In this document: in pieces, positions 13,834-28,156 of the stretch
Layout: every line of letters starts with the position of its first letter
Numbering within the stretch: the stretch's first letter is position 1
Source of the DNA: Camelus dromedarius
Lineage: Eukaryota
Reading direction: 5' to 3'
Assembly: GCF_036321535.1 (NCBI RefSeq)
Contig: NC_087437.1
Span: 55,058,001 to 55,122,000, forward strand
DNA length: 64,000 nt
Translations under genes and position numbers: made by a program
Notes under the pieces: model-generated
The model's input: only the letters and a program-made list of their open reading frames with translations
Databases searched by the model: none
Told to the model about the DNA's origin: nothing

Positions 13834-14329
13834 ATAGGGAGATTTTGAACATGAGTCTTAAATGTTTATGATCATAAATCATAAAATGTTACTCTCCATC
13901 CCATGAGATTCCATGGGCATTGATTGCAATTAATCATTAGAGATTAACGATCTTGTCTAACTGTTACGTGTGTGTCCACCATGGAGTGACATAAACTTTG
14001 ACTTGAGACCTATGGATACTGTTAAAGCCTCAAGTCTTACCTCATGCGTTTCCAGGTGGGGCCTTGCCCGGTGCTTCAGTAAGGAATAGGTGTCGAGTGC
14101 TGCAGGTGTTCATTCCCACCTCCTTCCTCCTTCCTTCTTTAGGTTTCCTCTAAGACAACCTCAGTTTCCCAGAAAGTAATTGAAAGGAATCGAAAATCCT
14201 TAACAAAACTCTTCTCCAGATACCCACAATAAATTTATCTAAATGCACTCTCAGTTTTTTGTTGTTGTTGTTGTTGTTTTGCTTTACAAAAACTCAAATT
14301 TCAGCCCATCTTGAATGATCAGGAAGTTC

Positions 14330-14460
14330 TGGCACAATCAGAGAACTTTTTTAAAGTGATGGATGCTTGAGCCCCGACCCCAGAGGTAATGGTTAAATAG
14401 GTCTGGGGGTGGCCTGGGAATCTTTCATTTTTAAAGCTGGTGGATGAGTCTGATGTGCTG
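14330..14460. mobile_element. MER5-like hAT-Charlie fragment
   Basis: gacccc agag...taggtctgggggtggcctgggaatct..ttttaa motif. Confidence 0.6.
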
Positions 14461-14786
14461 AGGTGTTGTAGGCAAATCAACATGGTGATAGGCTGGAGTA
14501 GAGAGAAACAGGCTACTGTGATTACCTAAGAGGGAGGTGATGAAATAATATGGTAGAGAAAGAGAAGGATGGGTGGAATTAAAACACTTAGTGGGCAAAA
14601 TGATAGAACCTGGTGCTGATGCGACATAGGAAGAAGAAAGCTATGCTGATTTTTGATGTCAGACATCTTTTAATAGTAGCAAAACTATAGCTCTTGAAGT
14701 TTATCTGACCTGAACTTACTGATTTAAGGTAAAGGATAGGAGGAAAATAAATAAAATATGGTCATTAATACTACTAAAATTTTTTA

Positions 14787-14896
14787 CAAATATATGTATT
14801 ATATATGCATGACTGGGACATTGTGCTGTACACCAGAAATTGACACATTGTAACTGAGCATACTTCTATATATATATAGAACTATATATATACAAA
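14787..14896 (+). mobile_element. Heavily 5'-truncated young L1 3' tip
   Basis: tgtgctgtacaccagaaattgacacattgtaactga; flanked by actaaaattttt/actaaagttttt TSD. Confidence 0.75.
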
Positions 14897-15019
14897 ACTA
14901 AAGTTTTTAGTTATCTGGATCATGTCAAAAAAAAGAAAAAAGATTTGTAGGAGAGACAGTTTGACCCCAAGATCAATAATAATAAATGGGACCACAGAAA
15001 AGGAAATGTACTCTATGGC

Positions 15020-15445
15020 TGCACTCCTGTAGAGAAGAGGAACCTGCAGCTCCTGGAGTCCTGTGTTTATTTCCGGGCCCCACACATTGAAGGGAATCTG
15101 TGCAGAGGAGGGCAGTCAGGAGGGCAAGATGACAGAAATCATGTCCCATAAGAAATTGTTGAAGGAATCCAGGTGTTTAATCTCAATAAAGAGAAGACTG
15201 AGGAAAGGGACAATTTTTTCAGTACTCTGTTACATAGAAAAGGCAACAGACTTGTCCTTAGAGGGCAGCCAGTAGGGCTAATGAGGCTAACATCCGAGAC
15301 TGTCTGCTGTGACTGGACGTGATACAAGCAGTCCCAGGGGCTGGACGAGTGTTGACTGACTGAGGATGTCACAGAGGGGATTTATGGATCAGATTGGCTG
15401 GGGCAGATGTCCCCTAAGGTCCTCCTCACTCTGATGTTACTCCAT
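15020..15445 (+). mobile_element. CR1/L3 LINE 3' fragment
   Basis: ctggagtcctgtgttta..tgggccccacac, ttgaaggaatccaggtgtttaatct..agagaagactgagg, taaggtcctcctcactctga. Confidence 0.7.
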
Positions 15446-15942
15446 GTTTTCTGTGACATTTTTATGTCTTTGATTGTACAGTTAAATAGATAAGTCATCT
15501 TTATTAATTGATACCAATGCTAAAATAAAGCGTTGTCTTTTCACATGTAGAGATGTTAAGAATAGTACTGGAAACTTTTGAAGAAAAGGAATTGTATACA
15601 TATATTCCAGTACCAATTTATGCTCATGCTATTACTGGGAATAAACAGTAGCTTGCCAGATTTGAAAAATACATTGTCCCTTGTATGGAGGAGGAAGATC
15701 TATTTTGCATTCATATGGTTTGGACATTATTATTGCTCAGAATGCCCTAGCTGTATAAACTTAACTAGCCTCATAAAGTTACAAGACGTTAATTTATGTG
15801 GACGTGTCCAAAAGTTAATATTCTTTCATTCAAGTATTTATTCAATAAACAATCTCTTCCATGTTTCATTCACCCTCTTTAGTGCTAGAAACATATGTTT
15901 TAATCCTTATATTTGAAGAGCTCATAATCAAACATGGAAACT

Positions 15943-16508
15943 GTACTTACGTTTCAATTACTATGGCTACATGCCTAACCACTCTGAAGCTTAGTGGGTG
16001 AAGAGAACAGTCACCATTTACTATCCCTCACAGTTTGGTGGGTCAGGAATTTGATAGCATCTCAACTGAGGAATTCTGTCTTGAGGTCTCTCGTGAGATT
16101 CCTGGGTCTGAGTTCTCTCAAAGCCTTCTTCAGCGACATGTCTGGTGCCCCTTCTGGGGATACTTGAATAGCTCTTCTGGGACAACCGGGGTTCTCCAGG
16201 CATCGCCCTCCATCTACATGCAGTCTCCTCAGTATAGCAGCTTCAAGGTAGCTCAGCTTCTAACACGGTAACTCAGGGCCTCACGGTATGTGTCTCAGAA
16301 AACCATATCGCATTTATGAGTAGTATCAAGAGTCATAGGGCATCACCTTTACAGCTTTCTATTGACCGAGCAGTTACAAATGCCCTCCCAAGCATTCATC
16401 TCTCTATGGACTGTCGATGTCACACTGGAAGAAGAATATGTGGGATGAGATGTGTGCTGATGTCATCATCTTTGGAAGGTGCACTTGGTGACAGCATTTT
16501 CCATAACA
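15943..16508 (-). mobile_element. MLT1-type (ERVL-MaLR) solo LTR
   Basis: taaccactctgaagcttagtgg, tcacagtttggtgggtcaggaatttg, atcaagagtcatagggcatcacc motifs. Confidence 0.7.
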
Positions 16509-19500
16509 TATAAACAGATAGACTACACACACAGTCCCTGATATAATGATGGTATGAACAGTGCCGTGAAAGAACAGGCAAGTAGGGGAATGATTAATAA
16601 GGGAGGTTCCATTTACATGCCCTGGGCCTTGAAAGTTGAGCCAACTAACTTGTTAAGACATTTTCAAGGCAGAGACAATAGTGGATGTAAAAGCATGCAA
16701 GAACAAGGTGTGTGAAGTGTTAAAAAGTTTGGATTGACAGGAATGAAGACTGTGTTGGGGGAATGGTGGGATAGGTGCCTGGAAAGAGGAGGTAGGACAA
16801 CATCCTGAAAGGCCTTGAGTGTCAAGCTTGAAAGTCTGGCACTGGGGAGCAGTCACTGGCTTTAAGAGCATTGGCACATAGAATGATGTTCTTGTGTAAT
16901 CTCTTCCATCCACATTCTTTCCTGCTTTTGATAGTAAACATATCATCTCTGTTAAAGTTTGCTTCCTAGCTTAAACTGAACACAGACTCTCAACCACCAA
17001 ATCACTTTAGTTTAGTGTTGTTTTTTTTTTAATCCACCACAAGCAACTCTAGGATGGCATGCATTTGAACAAACCAAAAGTGATTTCGCTCTTCTAATTT
17101 TCAGTGCTTTTGGCTAGATGCAGAGTGAGAAATTCATACCTTTTTCAAGTAGCGTGGGTTCTTTTTTTTCCCAATTCCTCTCATCCATCTGGTTCTCTGG
17201 AGGTCTTGGAATCCAGGAAAGTGTTAGTTCACTGTGCTGAAATCCAAAAAAGACTGCTAAACTGTGAAAGAAAATTTGCATTCCAAAGACGCTGAAAGAG
17301 TTCGCCCCCCACCCTTTTGTAGCAGCGAAGAGAAGACATCTGTATTTTCTGTCCCCTTTGTCTTTCAGCAGATGCAGAATGGAAAACCCTATACTCTTCG
17401 TCTCTGCCTTTCTTATCTACTTAATGCAAACTATTTTTGGCATGGTGGGGTGGAGAGAGGAACCAAAACATGGAATTATTTTATTTCTAGTGTCAGAAAA
17501 TATTACATCCAAGATACAGTTGAAGGGAAGCAAATCACTTCACCAGCTTCCCTGTGGGCTCTTAGGAAGGTCATGTTCTCATGAAGGGGTGCCAGAGCCC
17601 AGTGTTTGACTTACACGTCAACAGTACTCTGCTCAGAAGGAAACTACACAGTTGCGGCCATGATGTTGGCATGTTGTTATGGCCTTTCTAAACTACGGTG
17701 CTGTCTTTTGTCTTCCACTGGCAGGAGTATAATTAGAAGGACTTGTTTTCAACAGAAGCCAAGTCATTGCCAAATCTGTTCAGATGATCTCGGGAGAATG
17801 GAAGTTAGCTCATGGCCCTCTGGCTGTTCTCTTTGCCACTCCCAGGAGTTGAAGGCTTAAAGTTTTCTTTCTTTTGAAAGTGGATCACATTTGGTTCAAA
17901 CAAGTTTTTCTGTTATCCCCAGAAGTACAAGGAAAGACCTTCTGTGACCTTGGTTGTTTGGCTCAGACCACTTGTGGCTTGTTATAATTTAGGAAGTAAT
18001 TGCAATTCATAAAGCCAGGTAGAAAATAAACATCTTGGCAGAGCTGAGTTTCAGGCAGCTCTGAAGGGAACCGACACGTGAGCGGAATGGTATTCTAGTC
18101 TCTGCTTGCAGATCTTGATTCTAATGGATGATTCATAGTGGATTTAATTCTGATCCGAAATGTGCAGGCGGGCAGTCATTACCATGTATACATGCAGCTG
18201 AAAACATCATCACTTAAACCCTAGTTTTAGAGTTTGCCCCTGGCTTGGTCAGTTACCCACAGTAGACAAATACTGTAAGTCGAAAGACCATTGTCTTACC
18301 TAGTGTGTTGTGTGATTAACTTTGGATCACTTAGTAAAATTTGTAGCACTAATTTTTCTGAGAAATACACTCTTGCTGAGATAGAACCAAAGAACTCAAG
18401 AGCTGGAGGAGACCTTAGATGTTAGGTAATTTAATGTCATTTACTTTTTTCATTCAACAAATACTTTGTGCCTGTTCTATGTTAAGCACTGCTCCAAAGG
18501 TTGTGAGTGCAGTAGGGTCTTCCGCAGACTGGCGGGGGGTGGATAAGGAATACGCACGTCAGCAACATGCAGTTGGTGATATCAGACAGTGATAAGGACT
18601 GTGAAGCTAGTACCAGGGCCAGGAGATCAGGAGATAGAGTCTGACTCAGGAGAGGTGGGGTGCTCACATAGGGTGGTGATGGAAGGCCATCTGAGGATGG
18701 TGATGGAATTTTGGGTATGTCTGTGGGAGTAGGCACACTTGGATGACTCTTGGGAGTATTTATTCCCAATGACTCATTATTGACTTAATATTTATTGAGT
18801 TCCTTCTATGTGCCGGTCATTTTTCAGTGAACTGGGGATGAAGCAGTGAACAAGACACAGAGCCCTGCCCTGTTAAAAGTTCTGTTCATCCCTCAAAGCT
18901 TCGAGGGACCAAGAGGTCTATTTACTTAAGTCTCTTATTTTATAGAAGAAGGAATTTAGGCCCAGAGAAGCAAATGCTTTGACAAGCCTCACTGCCAGTG
19001 GCTGGCCTCTGCAAGACTAGAGCACAGCCCTTGGCTTAGAGTCATTTCTCTTGGCCACTGTACCAAACAGGGTTTCTGTAAACATCTATTTTAACAACTC
19101 CAGTTTCATATTGTACTGGGGTTAGCATTGGGACCCAAAGAGAAGTCATTTCCCCATCAGGGCCTCCTGTGCACTCTAAACTGAAGACAACATTGAGGAT
19201 TGTCAAGATGGTGCCTCACAGGCACGGGGATCGGGGGCTTAGTTGATTAGCCATTAGCTGGAGTCCCTGCCAAGTATGTGGTAGTAAGCTCTATGAGACT
19301 TCTCTGTATACATTCGAAATGCATGATATGTAACTGGTCCATCACTTATTAGGTATTCCAAGTATGTAAAAATATAATAAGAAAAGTATCTGTTGAAAAT
19401 AAAACAACAAAACTGAAGGAAAAACACTATTTCTCAAACTCAGTATGCACAGGATGATGGATGTCTGTGCGTACACATCGTGTTTTCTTCTCTTCAGTAA

Positions 19501-22500
19501 TAAGAGTAACTCAAAGTAGGCTCAGTTGATTAGTCAGAAACTGAGGAACCAATAATTAGGGTCTCTCCTTACGTGGAACAGTAGTTTTGCCCAGAGAAAA
19601 GAACTGCATAACAGTATTTTTACATCTCTTTGCATTCTTGAAGAGTACATCTTACATTTCTTATCGCATTTAATTATCACAATTCTGGGAGGTAGACAGG
19701 ACAGAATAATTATATCTCATTCTATAGATGAGAAAATTGACACTCAGATAATGGAATTTTGTTCAAGATGCTGTGAAATTCCAGCTACTCTGGAAAGTGT
19801 CTGCCTCAGTGGAACTAGTCTGAGTGTCTAATAATACCTTTATTTACAAGTAACAAATAGCAAGAACTAAAAGCTGGACCCAAGACAGACCATAATACCG
19901 AGTTTAAAATTAGCTCCTCTGCGTTACTGGCCAGAGAACACCCATACTTATCAGTGTGAGACAACCTCCTTGTTTTGACAATGGCAAAAACCCAAGTAAT
20001 GTAATATCCTCAACCTAATGATTTTCCACTGGCCATGTAAATAATTGTCAATAACTAATCAACAAGAGTTGTCATATTCTTATTGTTAACAAGGGCCAGA
20101 ACACCAAAAAGAAGTTTTCGTACTCCGAAAAGCATCTAGTGTGGGGTTTGGAAAGAGCACAATCTAGAAACCAAGGCACTAGGTCCTGACCTCAGCTCTT
20201 CCACTAGTTTACAACTTCAGGCAATCAGCTTCCTGAATACACTGTCCTAGGATGTAAGGGGAGGGAGGTGGACAAGATGATTTAAAAGTTTTTTTAAGCT
20301 CAAGCAAGCTATGTATCTGTGAAAGGCTATAGCTCAGCAGTTTGCTAAAGACGGATAACTGCATGCAGTGTGCAATCGCCATTACAGGGAACTAGATAGA
20401 AAGACACAGGGAAGACTTGTTCATTGCAGGACAGTGTGGCGTAGAAGAATGAACAAGGTTGTCTTTGGACGTAAAAGACATAGGTTCAAACCCAACCATG
20501 TATATAGCCACGTGGCGTACAGCAGGGATACGAATTCTTCCATTCTACCTACTATGATAGCTTGTTGTGGAGATTAAATGAGATCCTGGTTGTGTACACT
20601 TACTAAACTTTAGTTGTCCCAGAGTACCATACACAGGATTCCTTCAAGAATCCTTTTTTCCCTCTCACAGTAATCTCAGTGGAGTGCTGTGATCTTTTAA
20701 TGTAGCTCTGGCACGAAGGTCTGACACACTCCTTAAGTACGAGTTCCCTCACCCCAACGTCTTTCAAAGGTTAGGAGACGTTCAAGGTGAGTGTTTTGGA
20801 AACACTAATGTCCTACAAGGGCTACACATTTTAAGGTAAAATAGTACCTCCCTGGGTCTTTAGATATAGACAAACTAAATGTTCTTTAGTGTTTTGTTTT
20901 GTTTTTTAATTCACTAAAGCTCTAATTGTAATCCCAACCCAAGTGCTTCAGAATAAACAACAGGGCATTATTTACTTTGTGAAGAATGTGATTTGTGGTT
21001 CATGGCAAAATTGAACAAAATGATCTAATTGTCCTGATTTTTTTGTGCTTCCTATTGGCTTTTCCCCTTATGGTTTTAAGACACATTTCTTAATCTTAAA
21101 TCCAGTTTATTTAGTCCAAGTATAAACAGAAAATCTTATAAGAATTGTTTTCCCAAGTTACTACGTTAATAGTCACACATGTGTTTTGTTTGTGTTAGTT
21201 TAACATACAGACAATAATCTCTGGCAATGTTGAGTTCCCCTTCACCAATGTTGCCCAATATACTGATTTTGTTACAATATTCTTCCTGTGAAATGAATTT
21301 TCTCTCAACGTAGGCATATCTGGGACTTCATGTATAATGAAGACCTTTATTATAACACAACATTAATTCCAAAGACTGTTAGAATGTGTTTTTTTTTCCC
21401 AAGAGCCAACTCAAATCCCACCTGGAACAGGTTCCCAGAATCATATACCACCACCATATCACCTGTTCCCTCACCATTATAGGAAATCACTCTCTTCTCT
21501 GTGTTCCCATCACACATTACTCATTCCTCTGTAATAGCAATTTGTTGTGCCCTGTGCCTCTAATCAGCTATTTATAGAAGTGTCTACTTCTCCTGATTCG
21601 GGAACCTCTGAGGGCAGCAGTGGTGTCTTTGTCTGTTCTCTCTTCCTCTGTCCCTGACAGGATGTTGAATGCTTTGTTCCCCTCTTTAGGCTTTCTGCAA
21701 TGCTGAATTAAGTGGGAGGCAGCTCTGCTCATCAGAAAATCATGTGAAAAGTTTCTTTAAAGGGGATTTGTCAGAAACCTGAGATAACATAGGCTTTGGA
21801 TGCCAAGAGTTGTGCTCGAAAAGATGAGCAGAAGTGAACGAAAACTAAGACTGTCAAAGAGTTCTTTAATGAATCATCAGTTACCTGTTTCATAGCTGTC
21901 ATTTGGGGGGGGGGGGGCGGTAAATCCATCAGAAGAAAATACCTCTTAAGGGTTTGATGCCATTGGATGAATTGACTCAAATTTTTTCCCTGTTTTGAAG
22001 AATCACAATTCTCATTAGCAGAGGAGGAATTCGCTTCTAACTGGAAAGTCACAGTCATAGGGATGGGAGGTCACTAGGCTTACTATGACTTTTTTCTGTC
22101 TGTTTTACAACACACGGTAGATATAAATACAGATACAATCGATTTAGATTAAGATATAGAAACAGGTGAAGGACACTTGGAAGATGCCAGGAAACTTTCA
22201 ATAAGAAATGCCTGCCTCACTGGGGGGCAGAGCTGTGTGGGGTGACTTTGTACTGTAGGCTTCTAAGAAAAACTACCAAGATAAAATGATGTCTCCATCT
22301 ACAAAGGAAACCCAAAAGTACTGTCGTGATTTGCGAAGCCTTGATTATCAGAATCAAGAATAAGTTTGTATTCCAAAATTAAGACAGGGAATACAGCTAT
22401 TTGAGCTTAAATAATGTCAGTGGCATTTCAGAGGAGCTTGCTCAGTCCCGGCCCTGTTCTCGTCTTACTGTCCCGCATCGCTGTCCTGCTGCGAACGCCT

Positions 22501-24116
22501 AGACTTGGGCCGTGCTTTCCAGCCTTTTTTTCCATCATGATGCGTGTGGGAAATGACGGCCTTCACTCAGCACACTGGAATAAGTAGATGAGGCTTCTCC
22601 TGGCCCAAGGTGACTGCTCAGGGCCGATGGAACCTCCAAGTGTGGGACGCCCAGAAGCCACTCGAGGCGCACTGCGTCTCAACCTCCCCGTTGAGAGCTC
22701 TGGACTAGAGAGCTGTTTTGCGTGGTTAAATACAATAGTATTTTATGTCGAGTACTTATCCACAGTTTATTAGCTCCTGAACTGACCAGTATTTGTGGAG
22801 CATCAATTTTTGGCAAGGGTACTGTCATAGATGCTGGGGATCCAACAGTGATTTCCTGCCTTACCCTGGGGGAGCCAATGAAACTGAGAGCAGACAAACT
22901 GTCTTCAGATTTCAACCTGTTTCCTCGACTTACATGCACGTAGCTTGCAGGTCGTCAGCCTGAATACCGTCTGTTTGTAATACGGAGCATATCTACTGAA
23001 ATGTGGAGTAGGTGCAGCGTGATAAAGTACCGGGGTCATCCGCGGGGTGTGGAACTGGGAGACCTACACTCTAATTCAGAATCTCACACCAGCTCTTTTC
23101 TCTCTCTGCACCTTCATGAATCTGGTAGTTGGACCAAATGGATGGGTTTTAAACTGTATTATCTGGATCCCCCATAGGCTGCATCCTTTCATACTCTTCA
23201 TGCAGAAGTGATTTTGGACACTCCTGGATGTGTTTCCTTGATAAACTGTTTCCCTGAACAAAGGATTGTGGAAGAGGGAAGCAAGTGAGGGGAGTTGAAA
23301 ACTCTTGGACTAGAATAATCTCTAAAGACTTTAAAAAGTTTAGTATTTTATAACTCTGTCTCTTTTTTTCCTTTTTATTCTTATCACAACAAGACCAAAA
23401 CTGTATCTAGAACATGAGATGTCACCCTTATCTTTCCAAGAGTCTTTTCTGTTCCAGTATTGCTTTCGTACCTAAAAAAAAACAATAAAGACTGAATATA
23501 AGATCACATTTTAATTTTATGAAATGAAAATTTTAACATTTCTAAATGGCAATACTTTATAGTCTTCCAAATCTTCAAATACTTATGTCTCTTGATTTAA
23601 AGTACTCAACATTGAACACACATACACCTAAGAAATATATAAATTTTAGAAATACTATTTTCTCCATTAACTAGTAGTCAATGCTTGTGTTACCTGTATA
23701 CTTCATTTATATTCACATGATCTTTCCAGCTCCTCTGCCTGTGAATTAGAGAAATTATTTATACAATATCCAAGGATAGAAAAGCTACAACCAGATTGTA
23801 TCTCAATTTTAAAAACAGATGCATTTGGGAGTTTTGTGTACAAGATTTGTTTGTGATTTGCTTTTTATTTTCACTTAACTTTCTGTTTTCAATCACAATT
23901 GTATTGCTATCATTTCAGAAAAGTTGTGCCTTTTAGCAGTTACATGTTTTCTGCTACGCGAACATCTCTCTTTAAACATGCTTTCATTAGAGTAACTGCT
24001 TAAAACACTTTCTAAAAATCCTCAGTGTCTAGAATTTTTTAAAAAACATAAAATATAGACTCTTCCTTCAGCTTAATCTAGAAGGTGTTTCACATCTGAT
24101 CACCTGCTGCTTCATG

Positions 24117-24570
24117 TGTGTCACGGACGATGGAGGCCCTGGGCGGGCAAGGATTCTTCCTGCTGTGGGAGCTGTAGTGGCAGCCAGTTCCCTTCAGGCC
24201 TGGGCTGTCTCTCCTGCAGCTGCTGGGATTGATGGTGGCTTGATGGTTCACAACTGAGTCCCTCTCTGGTAACCACCCTCAACTGACGGGAACCTCCTCA
24301 TCCAAGATCATTTCTCCTCCTTGCAGGCAGGCTGTATCCATTGGCACTAGGGTATAAATGCCCTGCCCCCTAGCTTCAAGGGAGGACAGTTCGGCAGAGC
24401 CGCCTAGCCCAGAGTTCATAAAACCATCAGAGGCCTTAGTTGTAACTGCATCGTAGTTCAACTCCTCCCTCCAAGCGGGTGCTCCCTGCTCTCTCCCTGC
24501 TCTCACAGACACTCTTCAATAACTTCTTTTGTGCAGATCCCTGTTTCCCAGGAAACTCAGCGTACGACTA
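24117..24570 (+). mobile_element. LTR16-type (ERVL) solo LTR
   Basis: gggtataaatgccc, gttgtaactgcatcgtagttcaactcctccct, ctgtttcccaggaaactcagcgtacgac end. Confidence 0.7.
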
Positions 24571-25808
24571 TGGCTCCGTATGGGGAGAGCGGGGCAGCCA
24601 CTGCTTGGTTGTGGCGGTTGACGTAGGCCGTCAGTCAAGTACGTTGCACTCGGTGACGGGGAAGAAGCCTCACACAATCCTATGGGAGTGGCAGAAGCGG
24701 CTTGTTTTGCTTGGAGTATAACAAAGGGAGGCTTAGGAAAGGCTTCGCAGAAGAGGGCATATTTGGGCTCAACTGTGAGGGAGGAGGAGGTATTCTCTAG
24801 ACAAAGGAGGATGTGGGGCCTGGGCTCGTAAAAGAACGCAGCTTGCTAAAGATGCAGCAGAGGGCGCAGGGTGGCAGCTGGAAGATGGCGTCCACGAGAA
24901 GGGCCCGCAGAGGTGGCCGTGTCACGAAGCACGCTACTGATCTGGAAGGTGCTCTTCCTTCCTGACTCCCCGTCTAGCACACCTGGGACCCCTGCTTCAC
25001 ATGCAGGATGTGATTGAGTAGATGTACTTAAGAGACACCCTTCTTCTGCTTATTTGCTTGAAGATTTATTTCTCTGTCTATTTTCTTAAATACTATTTTA
25101 TTTATTAACCATTTCTTTTCACCTACTTTAGAAAAACCTCATGTTTATATAAAGAGTTCATCTTTTAGTCTGGCTTTAAAATAATCTTCTATAAGAAGAC
25201 ACAAAGATCTTCCTTTATGGTGTGTAAAGTTCTACCATTAGCAATTACTGGAGTTCCAGTTGGTAAGGTGAAGTGAAGGTTGGGCTGCAGGCCAGGTGTC
25301 TCACACACGAGCCCTCCCTTCAAGCTTTGGATGAGGGGCTGTCCAGTTGTTTCTAGGATGTCTCTAGTGATGGAAGCACTGACCTTTACCTGTTGTTGTT
25401 AATGCTGACATACCAGAGAGTAATACATTTGCAGAGCTGGAATTAACCATTGTTTTACAGATGAGAAAACCAAGGTCTAGAGAGAAGAAATCATTTACCT
25501 AAGGTCATCCAGGGGACGCTGACAAGTCCAGAGGGACAGTTCACATTCTTCATCTAACAACTCTGTCTCTCTCTCTGGCTACATTATGAAGGATTTTCTC
25601 CTTTCCATCTTCCACTGGTTCACCAGGACCCTCTGACATATCTTCTCTTAGAGAAAGGATAAAGATTCTTAAATACTCTAAGAGGAGGGCTCTGGGAGTT
25701 CCTCTAGTCCAGGCCTCTGATTTCATAGGTGAGAAAACCTGTGGACCTGGAGGACTGATACAGCTGAGACCTGAGTCTTCAGGGCATCCATCCTTTCCCC
25801 TTCATTAT

Positions 25809-25929
25809 GGGGGGGGAGGTGGTAATTAGGTTTGTTTATTTTTTTTTTTTTATGGACGTACCGGGGATTGAACCCAGGACCTCGTGCATACTAGGCATGC
25901 GCTCTACCACTGAGCTATACCCTTTCCCC
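25809..25929 (-). mobile_element. tRNA-Ala-derived SINE (camelid vic-1-like)
   Basis: Reverse complement gggtatagctcagtggtagagcgcatgcctagtatgcacgaggtcctgggttcaatccccggtac + A tail + aacctaattacc; attatg on both flanks. Confidence 0.9.
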
Positions 25930-27689
25930 TGATTATGTGCCCTTTAAACAGCGCTTCCATGGACTGTGAAGTCTTTCCTTAGATACTGACTTTCCTTAGA
26001 AACTATGTTGCTGCTGGTTTTGAGTAAATGAGCTCAATTTTGCAGCCAGGCCTCAATGCAAACAAAAACATTTTCTGGTCAAGCATTTTCTGGTTTGTTC
26101 AACTCTGTTACAGGACTGGCTTTAAAAAAAAAATAAAAGTTCAAGCCCACAGAAGAGCAAAACACAAACCGTGGGAAGCCAGTTTCCAGCCACATTAGCT
26201 CAGATCACCCGGGCAGAAAAGAAGCAGGGCCGTCATTGTCCAGACCATCAGCATCTCCAGACTCTCATCGTATGTTCCTCTGCTATTTTAGTTCCACCAC
26301 TTCAAAATGGGGGGGAAATAGGTTAATAGTTTCCATGAGTTTAGACTGCGGCCAGAGGCGCACTAAGCAGTTTCAGAACCTCCGACAACCGCAGCTCTGA
26401 GGAGAGGTTGGTGGCGTATTCACTGTCCTCTGGGTTCCAAAGCTGGGGAATCGGGCCAGCCTTGTGATGCCAGGGTGGGATGTAAACAATATTCATTTCT
26501 TCGTTCTTTTCTCACACACTCATCCTGGGTTTCTGTTTATTCCAGGTAGTGCACTTGGGGTAGCATGGGACAGAGAAATAGATTGTTAAGACATAGTCCC
26601 CACCCTTGAAGAAACTGCAGTATAGCAGAGGAGATGGACATACGTGCAGATAATTGTGAAACAGTGATCACTGTGAGTGCTGTAAACAGCACAAACTAAG
26701 TGCTCAGGAAAGAGAGAAAAAGAAGAGATTTAGTCCAACGGAAGGCGTTGAGGAAGGCTTCCCTGGGGAGTTGCCTTCTGACCATACCTTGAAAGGCATT
26801 AGCCAACGCACCAAAGTATGGAAGTTTCTCATAGGTCTGAAGAAGAGTGAGCAGTCTGAGACATTAGGGGATCTGAGCCTAGAAAGGGAGGTTGCATGTC
26901 CGGTAAAGAACTAGCTCCATGAAGGTTTTTCTAACAGGAAACTTATTTCGTCACTTCTGGGTTTTGGGAAGGAAACTGGAAGTTTCTCTGAGGATGGGGA
27001 AGTGTTACAGGAGGAGACATGGAAACAAGGAAGCCAGTCAGAGGCCATGGCTACAGTTGAATTATGAGCACACTAGTTACCTACCTACAGCGCTCCTTGC
27101 CTCTGCCCATTTAAAGCTTCTCATAGGAAGAGGGAAATTACTCCTTGATTTCCACATCCCCTCTAGCTCTGTATCCGTCTAATTGTATCCCCATGCCAAG
27201 TTTAATCTAGCTTGTAAACTCAGTGAATCAGTCCAGACATCTCAGTTGAAATATAGCTTATTGCACATGAAACATGGCTGTCTGCTAAGAGGGTACGGGA
27301 TTCTAGGCAAGGATGGAAAGTGGACAGCTAATTTTATTGATCTTTCTGAGTCTTCTATGAGTAAATAGTATCCCTTTTTAAGGGGGAGGGGATTTATTTT
27401 TAAAGCTAAGCATATTTTTAAAGCCAGATACATTGACTTTCTTTATTACCTTCTCAAAACTGGACCCCTCTAGGCTCAACATTTCCATCAAGGGTTCACA
27501 ACACTAAGCTTGGTGATGGTGTTTGAACCAAGGCTTTAAATGATCACAAGCCTCGTTGGTGATACTGAGCTCTGACTGGGTTCTGCAACTAGCATGCTCT
27601 CTGCCAGTCTCAGTCATCAGATGAACCTCCCTCTAAAAATGCTAAGGTCCTTAGGGTTTTGATGACCACTCAAGTTCTGGAATTAATAG

Positions 27690-27915
27690 TGGGATAAATT
27701 AGGACTTTGGGACTAACATGTACACACTACTCTATATAAAACAGATAAACAACAAGGACCTACTGTATAGCACAGGGAACTATATTCAATACCTTATAAT
27801 CATCTATAATGGGAAAGAAATACTTTATATATATTGGAATCACTTTACTGTGCACCTGAAACTAATACAACATTGTAAATCAACTGTACTTCAGTTTTTA
27901 AAAATTTAAAAAAAG
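27690..27915 (+). mobile_element. L1 3' end (cetartiodactyl-type)
   Basis: aacaacaaggacctactgtatagcacagggaactatattcaatacctt...aacattgtaaatcaactgtacttca + A-rich tail. Confidence 0.85.
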
Positions 27916-27969
27916 AGAGAGAGAGAATAATGAAGTGTACTTCCAGTGGAGAACCCGGATTGTGTAGCT

Positions 27970-28156
27970 CAGGGGTCAATAAACTATAGCCATGGCCAAA
28001 TCCATCCTGCTTCTGTAAGTTATGTCTCACTGGAACACAGTCATGCCCATTTACTTACCCACTGTCTTTGGCTGCCTTCACACCTAAACAACAAAACTGA
28101 GTTGCTGTAACGAAGCCAGAAGTGAGTCCTTACAGAAAAGCTTGCCATCACCCCTG
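27970..28156 (+). mobile_element. MER58A-like hAT-Charlie DNA transposon
   Basis: Terminal inverted repeats caggggtc.../...cacccctg; ggaacacagtcatgcccattt internal motif. Confidence 0.8.

Noticed and set aside
10186..25929. Inverted SINE pair forming dsRNA in the intron
   Set aside because: ~15.6 kb apart, short and diverged; pairing unlikely
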